From assembly GCA_030704615.1 (NCBI GenBank), contig CM060734.1, forward strand, positions 21,266,001 through 21,330,000: DNA of 64,000 bases. The letters are read 5' to 3'. The notes beneath the pieces were generated by a model, which did no database searches, was not told the origin of the DNA, and saw only the letters and a list, made by a program, of their open reading frames with translations. Below, one piece after another: positions 35,600 to 49,200 of this stretch (positions are counted from its first letter, which is position 1; the number at the start of each line of letters is the position of its first letter). The stretch comes from Takakia lepidozioides. Taxonomy: Eukaryota; Plantae; Bryophyta. Made by a program: the position numbers and the translations under genes.

Positions 35600-37635
35600 A
35601 AAGAATGATCATTATCTGTCTCTCTCGCCATCTTCTCTTCGCACCTACAACTACATCCACAAACACTTATTATGCTCTTTGGGTGTGATCTACAACCGTG
35701 ATCATATCAAGGTATGTTCTACAGGGTGGTGCATGCACCCTAACCTTTTGTATTTGAAAGTATGTAAGTTCTCATATGTTTCTTGTAGGTGATGAACACG
35801 CACTATCCCTACTGTATTCACATTACATGTATAGGGTAGTGTGTGTACACCATCCTTCAATACATATATGGAAATAGTATGGTGTGCACGCACCACCCTC
35901 TCCTCAATGTAAGGTAGTGCGTGTACACCATCTATCTTCTCAATATATATGAAAATAGGTGGTGTGCACAAAACACTCCCATAGGGTAGCGAATGTACAC
36001 CAAGCCCAACCGTAAACTGTTCGCTCACATAGGGTAGTGTTCACCCCCTTGGAAGCCCCAAACATAAACAGCGTACTCACCTAGAACAAAGATTGTTGGG
36101 CTTTATAGATTTGTTAGGAAGCTTGGGCTCATTGCTCCATCTCATCAGCCTCCAACTCTCCAACTGCGATTCATGAAAATGACTTGGGGTCACTACGATT
36201 TGTGAAGGCGTAGTCCCTCTTTGCAAGAGCATTTGGGATAGGTGTGTATTTCCTATGTAGGCCAATAAGAAAGCATAATAATCAATGTACATTCATGTTT
36301 TGAACTTTGAACTTTGAAATATGCCCAATGCATTAATAATTATTGTGTTGTTGATTTTCCTAACTACACCAACACCTCAGTCAATACCAATTATGTGCTC
36401 ACATGTAACCAAAATGAGTCGCTAGAAGATAAGATCATATGTTTAAATCACACCACTTGGCATTCATGCATAGACTTACCTAAATACCCTCTTTTGTACG
36501 TTCCTTCCATAGGAAGGAGGGCTCATTATCATTGTGTCTCTCTTGTCATTCTCTCTTAGATGCATCTACAACTACATCTACAAACGTTTCCTACGCTCTT
36601 TGGGTGTCTATAGCCGAGATCATATCAAAGTATGTTCTACGGGGTGGTTCATGTACCCTACCCCGTATGTTTTTGTATTTGAAACGAAGTATATAAATTC
36701 TCATATGCTTCTTGCAGGGTGGTGTACACGCGCTACCCTTATTGTATTTATGTTATTTGTATGGGGTAGTGTGTGTACACCACCCTTATCCTCAATATGT
36801 ATATATAGAAATAGGGTGGTGTGCACGCACCAACCCTCTCCTCAATATATATGTACATATAGGGTGGTGTGCATATACCACCCCAATATGGTATGGAAGC
36901 CCCAAACAGTGTACTCACCTAGAACAAAGAATGTCGAGCTGTATAGATTTCTTACGAAGCTTGGGTTCCTTGCTCCATCTCATTAGCCTCCAACTCTCCA
37001 ACCGCGATTCATGAAAATGACTTGGGGTCACCATGATTTGTGAAGGCATAGTCCTTGTATCTTCGCAAGAGCATTTGGGATAGGTGTGTATTTCCTATGT
37101 AGGCCAATAAGAAACCACCATAATTAATGTACATAGATTTGAAATTTGAAATTTGAAATGTTTAATGCATTAATGATGATTATTTGTTGATTTGTCTATA
37201 TTTGGGTGTAATTATAGTATTTGGAATAGGTACTATGGTGTGTACCACCCCCACGGGTGGTGTATATACACCACCCCCAGTCAACATCTAAGTCAACACC
37301 AATTATTTGCTCATATGTAATCAAAATGAGTCGCCAAAAGATATCATATGTTTAAATCACGCCACTTGGCGTTCATGCATAGACTCACCTAAAATACCCC
37401 ATTTTGTACATTCCTTCCACAGGAAAGAGGGCTCATTATCATTGTGTCGAGCTCTTGTCGTTCTCTCTTCGATGCATCTACAACTACATTCATAAACGCT
37501 TGCTACGTTCACTGGGTGTCTATAGCCGAGATCATGTCAAGGTATGTTCCACGGGGTGGTTCATGTACCCTACCCCTCTCCTGCGTATGTTTTTGTATTT
37601 GAAACAAAGTATATAAATAATTCTTGCAGGGTGTA
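35600..37635. repeat. ~910-bp tandem repeat, about 2.3 copies
   Basis: The ctacaactacat...gatcatatcaa(g/a)gtatgtt block recurs at ~35645, 36565 and 37477; 36072-36290 matches 36910-37133. Confidence 0.9.
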
Positions 37636-37639
37636 TTAA

Positions 37640-40600
37640 AGGGTGCTGGTAAGGAATTCTGTATATGATGTGGGAATGAATGAGGAAAATAAGGAAAAAA
37701 CTAAGCAATATAGAGCTGAAAGAATAGAGAAATATGCTGCAGAAATGGAAGCTCGGTTGATAAAAGAGTTACCGGAATTACAAAACTTGAATATTATTCA
37801 AGGAGAGGCATCAAGACAAAAGTGATAAACCAGAAGATCAGGAAATCGGATCTCTGGAAAGTGAGAACACTACACCAGAAGGAGTTACAAGTAATGCACT
37901 TGGCGAATGGTTACCACAAGAAAGATCTGAAGGACCTTCTACAGTAACAAGTCCAAATCGAGGTTTTGCTGGAATATTGGAAGAAAAATTTGAGAATATT
38001 TTGAGTAAAGAAGGTGAGAGAAGTGAAACTACTTCTCCAGAAAGGATAACCAGAACTTCACTCAAAGCTAAAGATTCATGAAGCTTAGTAGGGACAGCAG
38101 CTGGAAGACGGCTATCTTTGGGACAAGGACCTCCTAGTTTTGAATCATTGTTTGGAAGACAAACACCAACAATACCACTAGTCTTGACAATCCCAACACC
38201 AACACAGCCAACAGCAACGGGACCATTTCAGTTTGGACAGCCGGTTGCACCAGCAGCACCAATGGCTTTAACAGCAAGCAAAACCAGACCGCCGTTTCCT
38301 TTATATGATGGGAAATCTGACCCGGATATCCATCTCAATCAATTTGAGAACATGTGCACCATTTACAATGAAACAACAGACCAGGAAAAGATCCGATTAT
38401 TTCCTTGTTCAATGGCTAGAAAAAGCATTGAATGGTTGGCAACCTTTCCAGCCAATCACTTTGCGAATTGGGCGGAGATGAGGGCTGCATTCCAAGAACG
38501 ATATAGATCCAACAAATCCATGTCTGAAATCTTCACAGGATTACAGAACCTGAGGCAGAAAAAAAATAAAATTTGGTAGTTGACTACCTGAAGAGAATGA
38601 AGACTCTGATCAAGAAGCTACCTCAAGCACCAGGTGACGACTTGCAAAAATCATGGTTCATCAACGGACTTCATCTTGAATATGTAACCATGGTTACAGT
38701 CATGCCTAACAACACTTTGGCTGAAGCAGTAGGAATTGCAAAGAAATTGGAATTGGGATTTCATCAGAGCAGAAGTAAAGATTCCAAGGATCCCTTGGAA
38801 GAAGAAGACTCTGATGATGAAGAAAAACCCAAGCAAAAGAATAAAGAAGTGATTGACAAAACCACTTTGGATCAGAAGATAGCAGAGGCTATCAAGAATT
38901 TTAAAGATGAAGGGCCAAGAAAGGCAACATGGTGTCACAAATGCGGGACTGCAGGACACTTGGCAACAGAATGCCACATGAAAGACAAATACTGTGATAT
39001 TTGTCATATGAACAATCATAATACCAGCCATTGTATTTACAATCAACGAGCCAAGAAGAGTGGGTACACACGAGAGGTGGGGGTACACCAAGTCCAAGTC
39101 TGACGGGGAGGATCGGATGGACCAAGACGATACAATATGGGTAATCGTTATCAGAGGAAACATGAATGTCAATTGCGAATCAAGCATGAGGCAGAATTGG
39201 GAAATATGGAAGCCGGACCAAGTGTAGCCGTGAGTGTGGTAATTCCTGTAGTGGAGACCCTTGCGGTAACCCGAATTCAGGCCAAGAAACAGAAACCTCC
39301 AGATAAGGAGATTGAAGAAGAACGAAAACAATATCCAGAAAGTGCAGCATGGCAGGAAGAAAAGAGCTTACACCAAGGGGTAAACAAAGCCATAGCTCAG
39401 TGATTCACTAAAAAGGGCATTCACAGCAGCCCCAATTCTAATAAATCCAAGATGGGATTTACCATTTCATGTACACAGTGATGCATCAGGCATTGCTTTG
39501 GGGGCAGTTCTGGCCCAGAATGTGATAGGCACAATAGATTCACCAATCTATTATGCAAGCAGATTGCTGACAGCAGCTGAGAAGAACTATAGCACCACGG
39601 AAAGGGAAGCATTGGCAATGATTTATGCTGTTCAAAAGTTTCAGCATTATTTACTTGGCAATCACTTTAAGTTTATTGTTGATCATCAAGCTCTAGTTCA
39701 TTTATTTGGCTCTTCGTTTTCCTTGTCATCTTCTTCTTCTGGATCTGGCTCTTCCTCAATAATAGGTCCTTCATCAAGAGGTTCATCTTCATCTGATGAG
39801 TCCTTTTCTTCATCAGTGTCATCCATGAGCTTAAGAGAATCTGGGAGGTCATAGTCTCCTTGAAACACTCCCAGAGCATCTAGAGGGTCTACCTCTGCCT
39901 CTTGGGCTTTTGGTTGAACGGCAAACAGAAATGCATCAGGAAGTTGATCCACTACTCCTGTTGCTGGTTCTCCTGTAGTAATTCTTGACAGATGATCTGC
40001 TGTAACATGTAATCTTCATGGTTTATGAACAACTTCAAAATCATACTCATGAAGAAGTAATAACCATCGAGCAACCCTGCCACTAGCAAACAAGAATTGG
40101 CCAATATCAGTATTGGAGCTTATGCAGTTACTAAGGAAAAATCAGAAGACATTCAGAATCAAGATCAAGATCAAGATCTGGACGATTGGCAATGGCCAAT
40201 CAAATACTATCTGAACACAGGAAAATTTCCTGAAGACTACACCAAAGATGACAGGAGAAAACTTTCAATGAAAAGCAAGCCAGACATAGTGATCAAGGGA
40301 ATTCTGTACAAAAGAGGAATTGACTCCATAATGAGAAGATGTGTGAACAAATAACAAGCCAAAACAGTGATGCAAGAGCTACAAGGAATTGCAGGAGGAC
40401 ACTTCAGTTCTGACCTAACAACAAAGAAGATATTATTAGCAGGTTACTGGTGGCCTACTGTATTTGGAGACACTTATAAACACTGTCAACAGTGTGATGT
40501 TTGCCAGAGGATGGGACCAGTAGAACGAACTGGGAATGGTACTATGCACCCAATACTACCAACAGAACCATTTCAACGTTGGGGACTAGGCTTCGTGGGA

Positions 40601-42807
40601 CCCATTAAACCTCCGGCAAGGTATACACAGAACCAATACATCCTCACAACCACTGACTACACTACCAAATGGGTAGAGGCCAAGGCACTAAGAGACAACA
40701 CTGCCAGGTTGACAACCAAATTCTTATATGAAAGCATCATCACACGATTTGGTTGCCCACTGGAATTCGTCAGTGATCAGGGATCACATTTTATAAATGA
40801 TGCCATAAAATGCTTGACGGATGAGTTCATGATTGTACATCACAAGAGCACTGCTTACTATCCCCAAGGAAATGGCCAGGCCGAATCTACCAACAAGATA
40901 TTATGAATTATCTTAACCAAGATAGTAAATGCCAATAGTACAGATTGGGACACCAAAATGAACACAGCACTATGGGCATCAGGACATCATATAAGGTGAC
41001 CACGAAACATACACCATTTCAACTGGTGTATGGAGCAGAGGCACTATTACCCATTGAATGCATGATACCCACACTACGAACCGGAACTCATGAACGATGG
41101 GGTTAGAAGAATCTCTACAAGTCAGGGAACATGAGTTATTTCATCTGGAAGAAGTTCGGGCAGACGCTACAGATAACATGGCACGAATTCAAGAACAGCG
41201 AAGAAAAAGAATTTCCGAAGGGAAAGAAAAATCTTTCCAGGACGGGGAAATTGTTTTGTGGTTACCAAAAATCAAGAAAATCAAACTGGGAGGAAAAAAT
41301 TGGAAAATGCCATGGACGGTGACCATTTCAAATCAAAAGGGACATGACAATGGAACTGTCGATTGCAGACCTTGAACAAGAATTCGTGGGATAATAACAT
41401 ATTAACAAGTTAAAGGCTACAAAGGATACATGACAGAGCACATACAGGCTTACACGCCAACGAGGAAGGAAAACCGCAGATGAGGAGCGTGAAACCACCA
41501 GTGCATACTACATTCATCACGAGACAGTGAATCGGCATGTATTAAGACAAGTGGCAATACGAGTTCAGGGCACCGCTACGTTTAGACCACCATTCATTTG
41601 GAGGTCAGCACTACCACCCCGTATACCGTATGGTGAACCGTGGCCAGCACATATGCCCTACAGAACCGTGAACGAATACGAAGCAGCCAACGAATCTGCT
41701 GTGTTTAAACTCCCAAGATGTACGCTCCAGATGACCCCACCGACCGTGGTAATCATACACCACTAACCATCGATCATAACACGGACAAAGAACGACGGTG
41801 CAATCCAACGGATTGCCAAAAGATGGCGGATGATAAAGGCAAAGCCATTAAACCAATCTGCAAGTACTGCGCACACGCCGCTCATGTCTAAAAACAGACC
41901 ACATACCAAAATGGATGAACGTAAACTAACCGAAATCGGACAATCATCAACAACCATTAGTCCAATCCAAGACAAACCACGAAGAAAACACCAACAGAAG
42001 AAAATCATACACATCCAGAAAATGGATGAGGTCTACTCAAAACCGTTACCAGAAGCTAAATGCTTCTTGGTAAACACGGGCCCAACAATTAAAGCTAACT
42101 ACGCTTTAAACCTAGGCGGACAGCAGGACAGAATTACCTCGAGAGAACCTCGAGAGAAGTTAGAGTGGAAGCCCACAGAGGAGAACCCCTACTTAAACCC
42201 AGAAACGAACCCCACACCTTCTCTTCCGCAAACTGGAAATTGTCGTCTACACAACTTCCAGTGTGCTTCATACTGCTCTTGATAGAGGAATTGGTGCTCC
42301 AATTCCTTACAACAACAGCAAAACTAAGGGAAATGGCAGGCACCAAGTGGAAGACACCAAGTTCTTATGCGCAAGTGAATTTCAAAATCAGCCCGGCATT
42401 GCGGAAAATCGAGCAGGACACAGAGACACAAGAGACGTTGGACAATCTTGGCCTGCGGTACTTCGTCACCACGCTGGACTGGAACCTTAAGCACGACGAG
42501 CTGTGCAGGGAGTTCTTGGAGAACTACAACACCAACACTCGAAGCACAAACGTCCGTGACACACATATTCTATTGACGGAAAAGTACTTGGCGGAAGTGT
42601 TTCACCTTCCCAGTCTGGACGTACCGGCGCACAGCGGCAAACCACCAAGGTTTGTACTTGTGGACCTGTTTGAGAATCTCAACCAAGCCGATCAGGGCTA
42701 CACATGCAGTCACAGCAAAAACCCCGGCTTTAAGAAGATAGCCCCGGTACTTAGCACGTTGCTTTGCCTCAGGCAAAACCATAGCTATTGCACTAAGGAG
42801 CTAATCG
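37640..42807 (+). mobile_element. Degenerate non-chromovirus Ty3/gypsy (Athila/Tat-like): gag, RNase H, integrase, extra 3' ORF; PR and RT deleted; internal inversion
   Basis: Gag YDGKSDPDIHL and two Cys/His knuckles (38118-39103); RH DASGIALGAVL...EREALAM (39470-39705); IN 40097-41375; extra ORF 42165-42807 with ELCREFLENY. Confidence 0.85.
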
Positions 42808-43143
42808 TGCTTCCACACTTTGACCTTTTTGGCTATGCTTTCAACCTTTCTTGTTGAGCATTTGTTCATTAGATGAGCCTTACTAAAATACAAACTTTCT
42901 AATTAAGACTCTTACTTTTGATTTCTACTACACTCTATTATGGGCTTGTTTTGTTGTTTACAGCCCAGTATGTGCTCTTGATTTCGGTTTACAATACTGG
43001 CCTGCTACTGTGACTTGGTGGATACCAAGCAGCAATGTAGGAGGTCGTAGGTATCCCAGCCATTGGGCTCTAGGCCATGTATGCTATTTAATGCAGGCCC
43101 TCTGTTTTTCTGGATTTTTTTTCAGTCTATGACTAGGCAAATA
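42808..43143. repeat. ~336-bp direct repeat, copy 1 (copy 2 at 59637-59973)
   Basis: tgcttccacactttgacc...gactaggcaaata is nearly identical at both places. Confidence 0.92.
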
Positions 43144-44389
43144 CCCTGCTGAGGTAGCCACAGATTGCCCCCAGAATTAAACTAGGCTCTGGGATTAAGA
43201 ACAAAACATGTAATGTCTAAATCTGGATAACGGGTTGCTTAACAATATGGCTACAGCCTTACTCTACATGTTATGTTACTAAAAATAACCTTTGCTGGCT
43301 TTACTGATATGGCTTATACCAAGTAACACAGTAGTGAGGTCTTTTTTGGAACTCAGACAATCTGTTTAAAAGTCTTTTAAGACATCAGGGATTAAACTTA
43401 TGCAGCCCAGATGTATCTCTATATACCTACATGGATGCTTTGTGATTTTATAAACACTTTGTTATGGTATGAGTATACACTACCAGACTGAAACCAGGCT
43501 ATGGAACATAATACAATATCCTCTGTTATGTTCCCTGTTTACATGCTGCTTAGAAATATGTGCAAAAAAACAATGTAACCATGGGTGATAAACTTTAGCA
43601 ATCTTAAGTTTTGCTTTCTTGCTTTGCACAGTGGTAAAAGTAGCAATATGTATAACTGCTTGCTACTCAACACCTTGTTACCACATTTATACAATGGACC
43701 CAGACCTAAACCAGGTGTTGGGGCAAAAAAACAAGGTATGAGGTCATACCCCTTATGTGTAAATGGTTTACAAACTGTCTGTTGCTTTGATATGGACATA
43801 AGGTTAGCAAGGTAAACAAGACTTTCCTGTTATGAACAGTTGCTATTGTTACATCTGAAAGCATACCCAGACATGTGATACATGATTGGGTCCTTGTTTG
43901 GATAAACATTTTAATGAAGCATATACTGAAGCGGATTTTTATATAATCCCACCCCCCCCACCCAGAGATTTCATGAACCGTGAAATCTGTTATATGTCAT
44001 CAGACTGGTTTATGAATGAAGAGTGATTGATAGTGCCTTGTTAAGAGGCTGATTTGTCGTTAAATTGACAAAGACTTTGTTTGGTCTTGTCCATGTCTCG
44101 ACAAGACATTTTATCTTCCCTCTCTGTTCCTTAGACTAGTGTACCAAGTGGTGTCTGTAAACATTATCAGTCACTCTCCCTTCTATTTCCAAATCTGTTT
44201 ATGACATACTAACACACTTTTTTTGCCATGACAGAAGGTGACCAAACACATCCCTGAATGGAGCAAGGACCTCATGACAATGGGGTACCAGCCCCCTTTA
44301 CCTCCTCCGATTCCAGCAGTACAAGCTACCTTGCTGCAAATCACTCCAAGTGATTTCCATTCCATAGTGCAAACGATGATTCTGCAGCT

Positions 44390-46291
44390 ATGAACAGTTC
44401 AGGTGATGACAGCCCTGTTTTATTGCTTGAAACATTAGCCTTGGAGGATTGGGTAGCTCTTGGAATTTGTGCAAACAAAGGCGGCAAGTACCTTGAAAGA
44501 CTCAAGGAGTACAATGCCAAACTGACTAAGATATTGGAACATGATGCTAGTGAACTGTCTTACTGGGAGAAAAAAAGAGTTGCAATTGAAGAAGCACTTA
44601 GGCTGGCAAACCGGGATGATGAACATACTGCTTCCACACATAATTCCTCCAATGTCATGGAAAAAGATTTTATTCCATCGGTGACTAACCATCCTATTCA
44701 AGGGAATATGATTTTGCCTGAAGGAGAAAAGGATGCAGTAAGGGATTTCTGTGAGCAGGTTGAGCTCTCTCAAGTGGAGCAAGAGAGGGCTGCTGGAGCA
44801 ACACCTGGTAACCTACAGTTCGTCCCTTGGATGCCTCCAAGGGCCGTGGAGCTTGAGGTGGAAAATAACAACCACATGATGTGGCACCCATATGCAAACA
44901 TCAATCTGATGGCTCCCATATCAATTGATATGTGGGTTAAATGGGCCAACCTCACACCTGCAGAACGCAACAGGTGTGTAGCAGATGCAAAAGAAGGTTT
45001 CCAGAGGTTCAAAAAAGAACCACTTGCGGTCTCATGGCCTTTGAGGACCTTCTACTACAAACTGTGTGATAAGGGGGACAACATGACTTTGAGGACAAAA
45101 AATGACCTCCCGACTGGTTCAGCAAGATCTAAGAACCACAAAAGTCAGTTGTTTAATTGGCATAGGCCATACATCAGATGTAATTGTGGACAAGGTGGTG
45201 CGCCATCATCATGCATCAGAAGTGTAGCATGGTTCGATCACATTGTTTGGTACATGCTAAACAACCTTACGGTGTTCTTCCCCGACGATGCATTCCCTTA
45301 TATTCAGACCAAGTATTAATTTTTCTTGGTGTGGATGATGAAAACAGCTCGATCTGTTGTTTTGGCACAGGTAACTGTTCAGATGACTCGGGAGATTATC
45401 ATGGAGGCTGCCTGTGAGTTTGCTGCAGATCCTGATGCTAAGGTACTTAACTAAATGGGTGAAGCCAAAGGTGCCAGATACATTGAAAGGCTACTCAAGC
45501 CTGGAACTTTTTCAGACAGTCTCCCTAAACCACATTTCAGTGGCTACAAAAGACAACGCATGGATGGACCTGCTCCTATGCAGCAAGGCAAGGCTGGTAA
45601 CAATCGGGGAAGACGTACCCCTATGCGTGGCAGAGGCCTCTACCAAAGAGGCGGGCGTTCTGGCCGAGGGCAGAGCTCCTCCCACAACTCTGACAATTCG
45701 GGCCTTCACCATAACTTCATACGGAGGTTCTGGCTCCGATTCAAGCACCACTGTCAATATAGCCAGCCAAGAGTCTTTTTGGACTAGGCAAAGCAATGGG
45801 GAGCTGTCCCCAATCCACAAGAGAGACTTCAATTCTTGGATGGACCTGTGAAGAACTCTCTCATGGTATGTTATTTTACCCTGTTTGTGCAGATGAGATG
45901 AATGTTGGAATCAGAAGGATTGAGGCACAAGCCCATGGCAGGAATTTCATTACCCATGTATCAAAACCTGCCCCTATTGGTTTTGTACACATGTTGTACC
46001 CAAACCGGGGTATGGAGTGGATAAACCCTAAGGGTTTGATAAGAGAAGCACTCCTGAATTTTGGACAGGCTGATATGGCTCTGATGATTGAGGAAATATG
46101 TTTTGGATGGACATATCATAAGCAGAGTAGCACTGATTACTACCTGCCTGCTTCTGTTTTCCGTGACTTTAACTTCATGACAGATCTGATCGTGTCACCT
46201 CCTTGCCTCTGCAATACTGCCAAGAGGTTCAAAGCCTTTTGTGATATGGATACATTAGTTGAATTTCAACTACCTGATTCAGCCCCCGTAC
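44390..46291 (+). pseudogene. Unknown protein-coding remnants (309, 145 and 172 aa frames); the last is interrupted by chromovirus copy 2
   Basis: Long same-strand ORFs with protein-like composition and Cys motifs (IRCNCG, PPCLCN). The frame resumes briefly after the TSD at 52725. No family recognised. Confidence 0.4.
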
Positions 46292-49200
46292 TGTCGCGCA
46301 CCTCACTTCGGTAAGCTCCCTTCAAGTCATAGTTACTCGCTTTGATGCGCGCGCCTAACTCCCAACCTGGCTGTCGGGCCAACTCGGAGCTTTGGCTGCT
46401 CACCGGGACATAACGGTCCCCCTTTTTTCCCCCAACAGACCCTCTACCAATCCGGAAATTCCCTAGATGGCAGTCCGGAATAGCTCCCTACTCCTTGGTC
46501 GCTTTCCGGCTCGCTCGCTTACTCACTAGTTTTTGGTCACCAACGGGCTTGCACCGTTCTTGGGGTTACTACTCCCTATATATACTTCTATGACTGTCCG
46601 CGGGGGTTTCACAAACAACCATGCCATTTTATGGCGAACCACCACGAAGACCCTCAATTCCCGGTGATGAGTCGCGGTGAGTCTTGGCCCACTCACCATG
46701 GCCCCATTGGACCGTGGTGAGTCCCAAGACTCCCCACGACTCCCACCACCTCCGCCCCATGGTGAGTCCTATGCCACCCCCCCACTAAGTCCCACTAAGC
46801 TACACCACCTCTTGTGGAGCCACCCCCACCGCAACCTGATTGCGGGGCTCCCCTGTGAGTGCTCCGCCTCCGTGAGTGCCTTGGGCACTCAAGGGTGCTT
46901 CAGCCCCCCGTACCTATTGCTGCCACCGCCCCCACCACAGGGGCAGCCCCTCTGCATCCCAACCCCCTGCCCTCAAGGCAAAGGGCCGCGACACACACCC
47001 CTACCAACAGGGAGTCGATGTCCTCATCGACTTGTCCATTTTGTATAAACGAACATCCAAGTTGTGGCGTCCCACATCAAGGAGTTTGTTTCTGCACCAT
47101 GGCGTCCCATGGCAAAGAACCAAACCCCTCACTTGAATCTACTCTCCACTAGCTAGTTCGGCCGACTTCCTCCAAGTCCCAGCCAAGGGTGGAGCCTCTC
47201 AAGCTCCACCCAGTGCACTCTTCTTGGCCCACTTCACGACCAAGGAACAATCCTCTCCGAGGATCGAATCGCCTTACTGCAACAACATTGCTTCCGACCG
47301 CTTATGATGCCGCTTTTCGCATCACCTTGAGCAAAGGTTCACCTTGAACCCTATTTGACTAGGAACATAACCTTGAACCAACCGTGCGCCCCAATCACTA
47401 CAATTGGGTCCGCCTTGGAATGCTGGCCTGAGGTACGGGAACACGCCGAAGCCGCACTACGACTTCGTCCCGAGGCTACACGATTATAGTACGTGAACGG
47501 AAGCACGTAGCTTCCGCGTTAGCCCGCACTACAAGGCAACCCCCTTGGTAGCGCAGTTATAGTACGCGCACGCGCCAGGTGCGCACTAGCACGTGAACTC
47601 CCAAAGAAGGCGCAAGTTTCCTTGCCCCTTGGATAGGAGTCACCCGATTTTGGCACTGCGCAAACACACGATTAATCCAATTTACCTCTCCCACTTTTGT
47701 AAGCTAGCATTCATTCTACACACTAGCCAACCATACCATGCATCACCATTCCAAACAAAATAGGAGGCGCAACATTTGGAAACCATTTCATTTACAACAA
47801 AAATTTTTACAACACAAGTTTTTGCAATTGGATTCCTCAGCTAGCTTAGCCGGGCTAAGCATGCATTTCCTCCCCCACGATCCAAGGTTGAGGTCCCCAT
47901 CAACGCTTCTTCCGCTTTCGAGGTCGCCCTTCGAAAGCTGCAACCGCCTCGGATGCGTTTTCCATTTCTGAGGCACGCACCCAAGATGCCTCCACATGAT
48001 GATAGCCTTTCCATTTCACGAGATACTCCGTTTCTTGATTCTTGAACCTCCTCGACTTAAGCACTGCCTCCACCTCGTACTCAGGTTCATTTTCATGATC
48101 CAACAGCATAGGTGGCGGACGCAACACTTGATGCCGATTCGGATGCGCTTCATCTTTGAAGTAAGGCTTCAAGATGGAGACGTGGAATACCGGATGCACC
48201 TTGTTGTTTGCCGGCAGCTCCAATTCATACACATCCTCATTCATAACCTTCCGGATGCGAAAGGGTCCCGCATATGGAGGTACGAACTTCGGACTCACTT
48301 CCGGAGGTAGTCGAAAATTCTTGATGTTCAACCAGACCTCCATGCCTGCCTCAAACTTGACTTCCCTCCGCTTCCGATTTGCCTGCCGTTCATACCGTTT
48401 CCTAGCTTTGGCGATGTTGTACTTTGCGAGCTTCAACAAGCGCTCGCGTTCCTCCAACACCGCTGCTATTACCGGTTCCTCAACGTCTTGGGCAGCCCAA
48501 CTTGTCGGCACTAGAGGTGCTTTTACATAGACCAATACGAAAGGGGAAACACCCGTTGCGGAGTGTTTTGTGTTATTATAACAGAACTCTGCCGCGTCCA
48601 AGTGCTCCACCCAGTCCGATTGGTCCGCTGATACGTAATTCCGCAAGATCTGCTTCACCACAGAATTCACCCTTTCCGTTTGGCCGTCCGTCGTAGGTCG
48701 GAAGGCGGTGCTCATCTTGAGCCTCGTCCCCATCTTCTTCCGGAGCAGTCCATTTTGTAGGTGGAACTGCGATTTAACCCCCATCCTCAAGTCCCGCATC
48801 ACGGACTTCGCCAGCTCATCCTTCCGGTAAGCCTTCCGGATCTTCCTTTGGAGCATCGTCTCGCCCTTGTACACCAACATGAGCTGTTGCTTTCTACTTA
48901 AAGCATGGGCCACCACATTGTCTCATCCCGGTTTGTACTGGATATCCACGTCGAACACCGCCAAAGTATCTTGCCACCTAAGTTGTTTTGGGGACAACTT
49001 AGGTTGCATGGCAAAATACTTCACCGTGATATTGTCCGTGAACACCTTCACCGGGTTGGAACCAACATAGTGGCGCCAAAGCTCAAGGCAATACAACACC
49101 GCCTTCATTTCCTTCTTATGCGTAGGCCACCGTCGCTCTACTTCATTCAGTTTCTTACTTTTGTAAGCCACTGGACGTCCATCCTGCATGAGTACACCCC

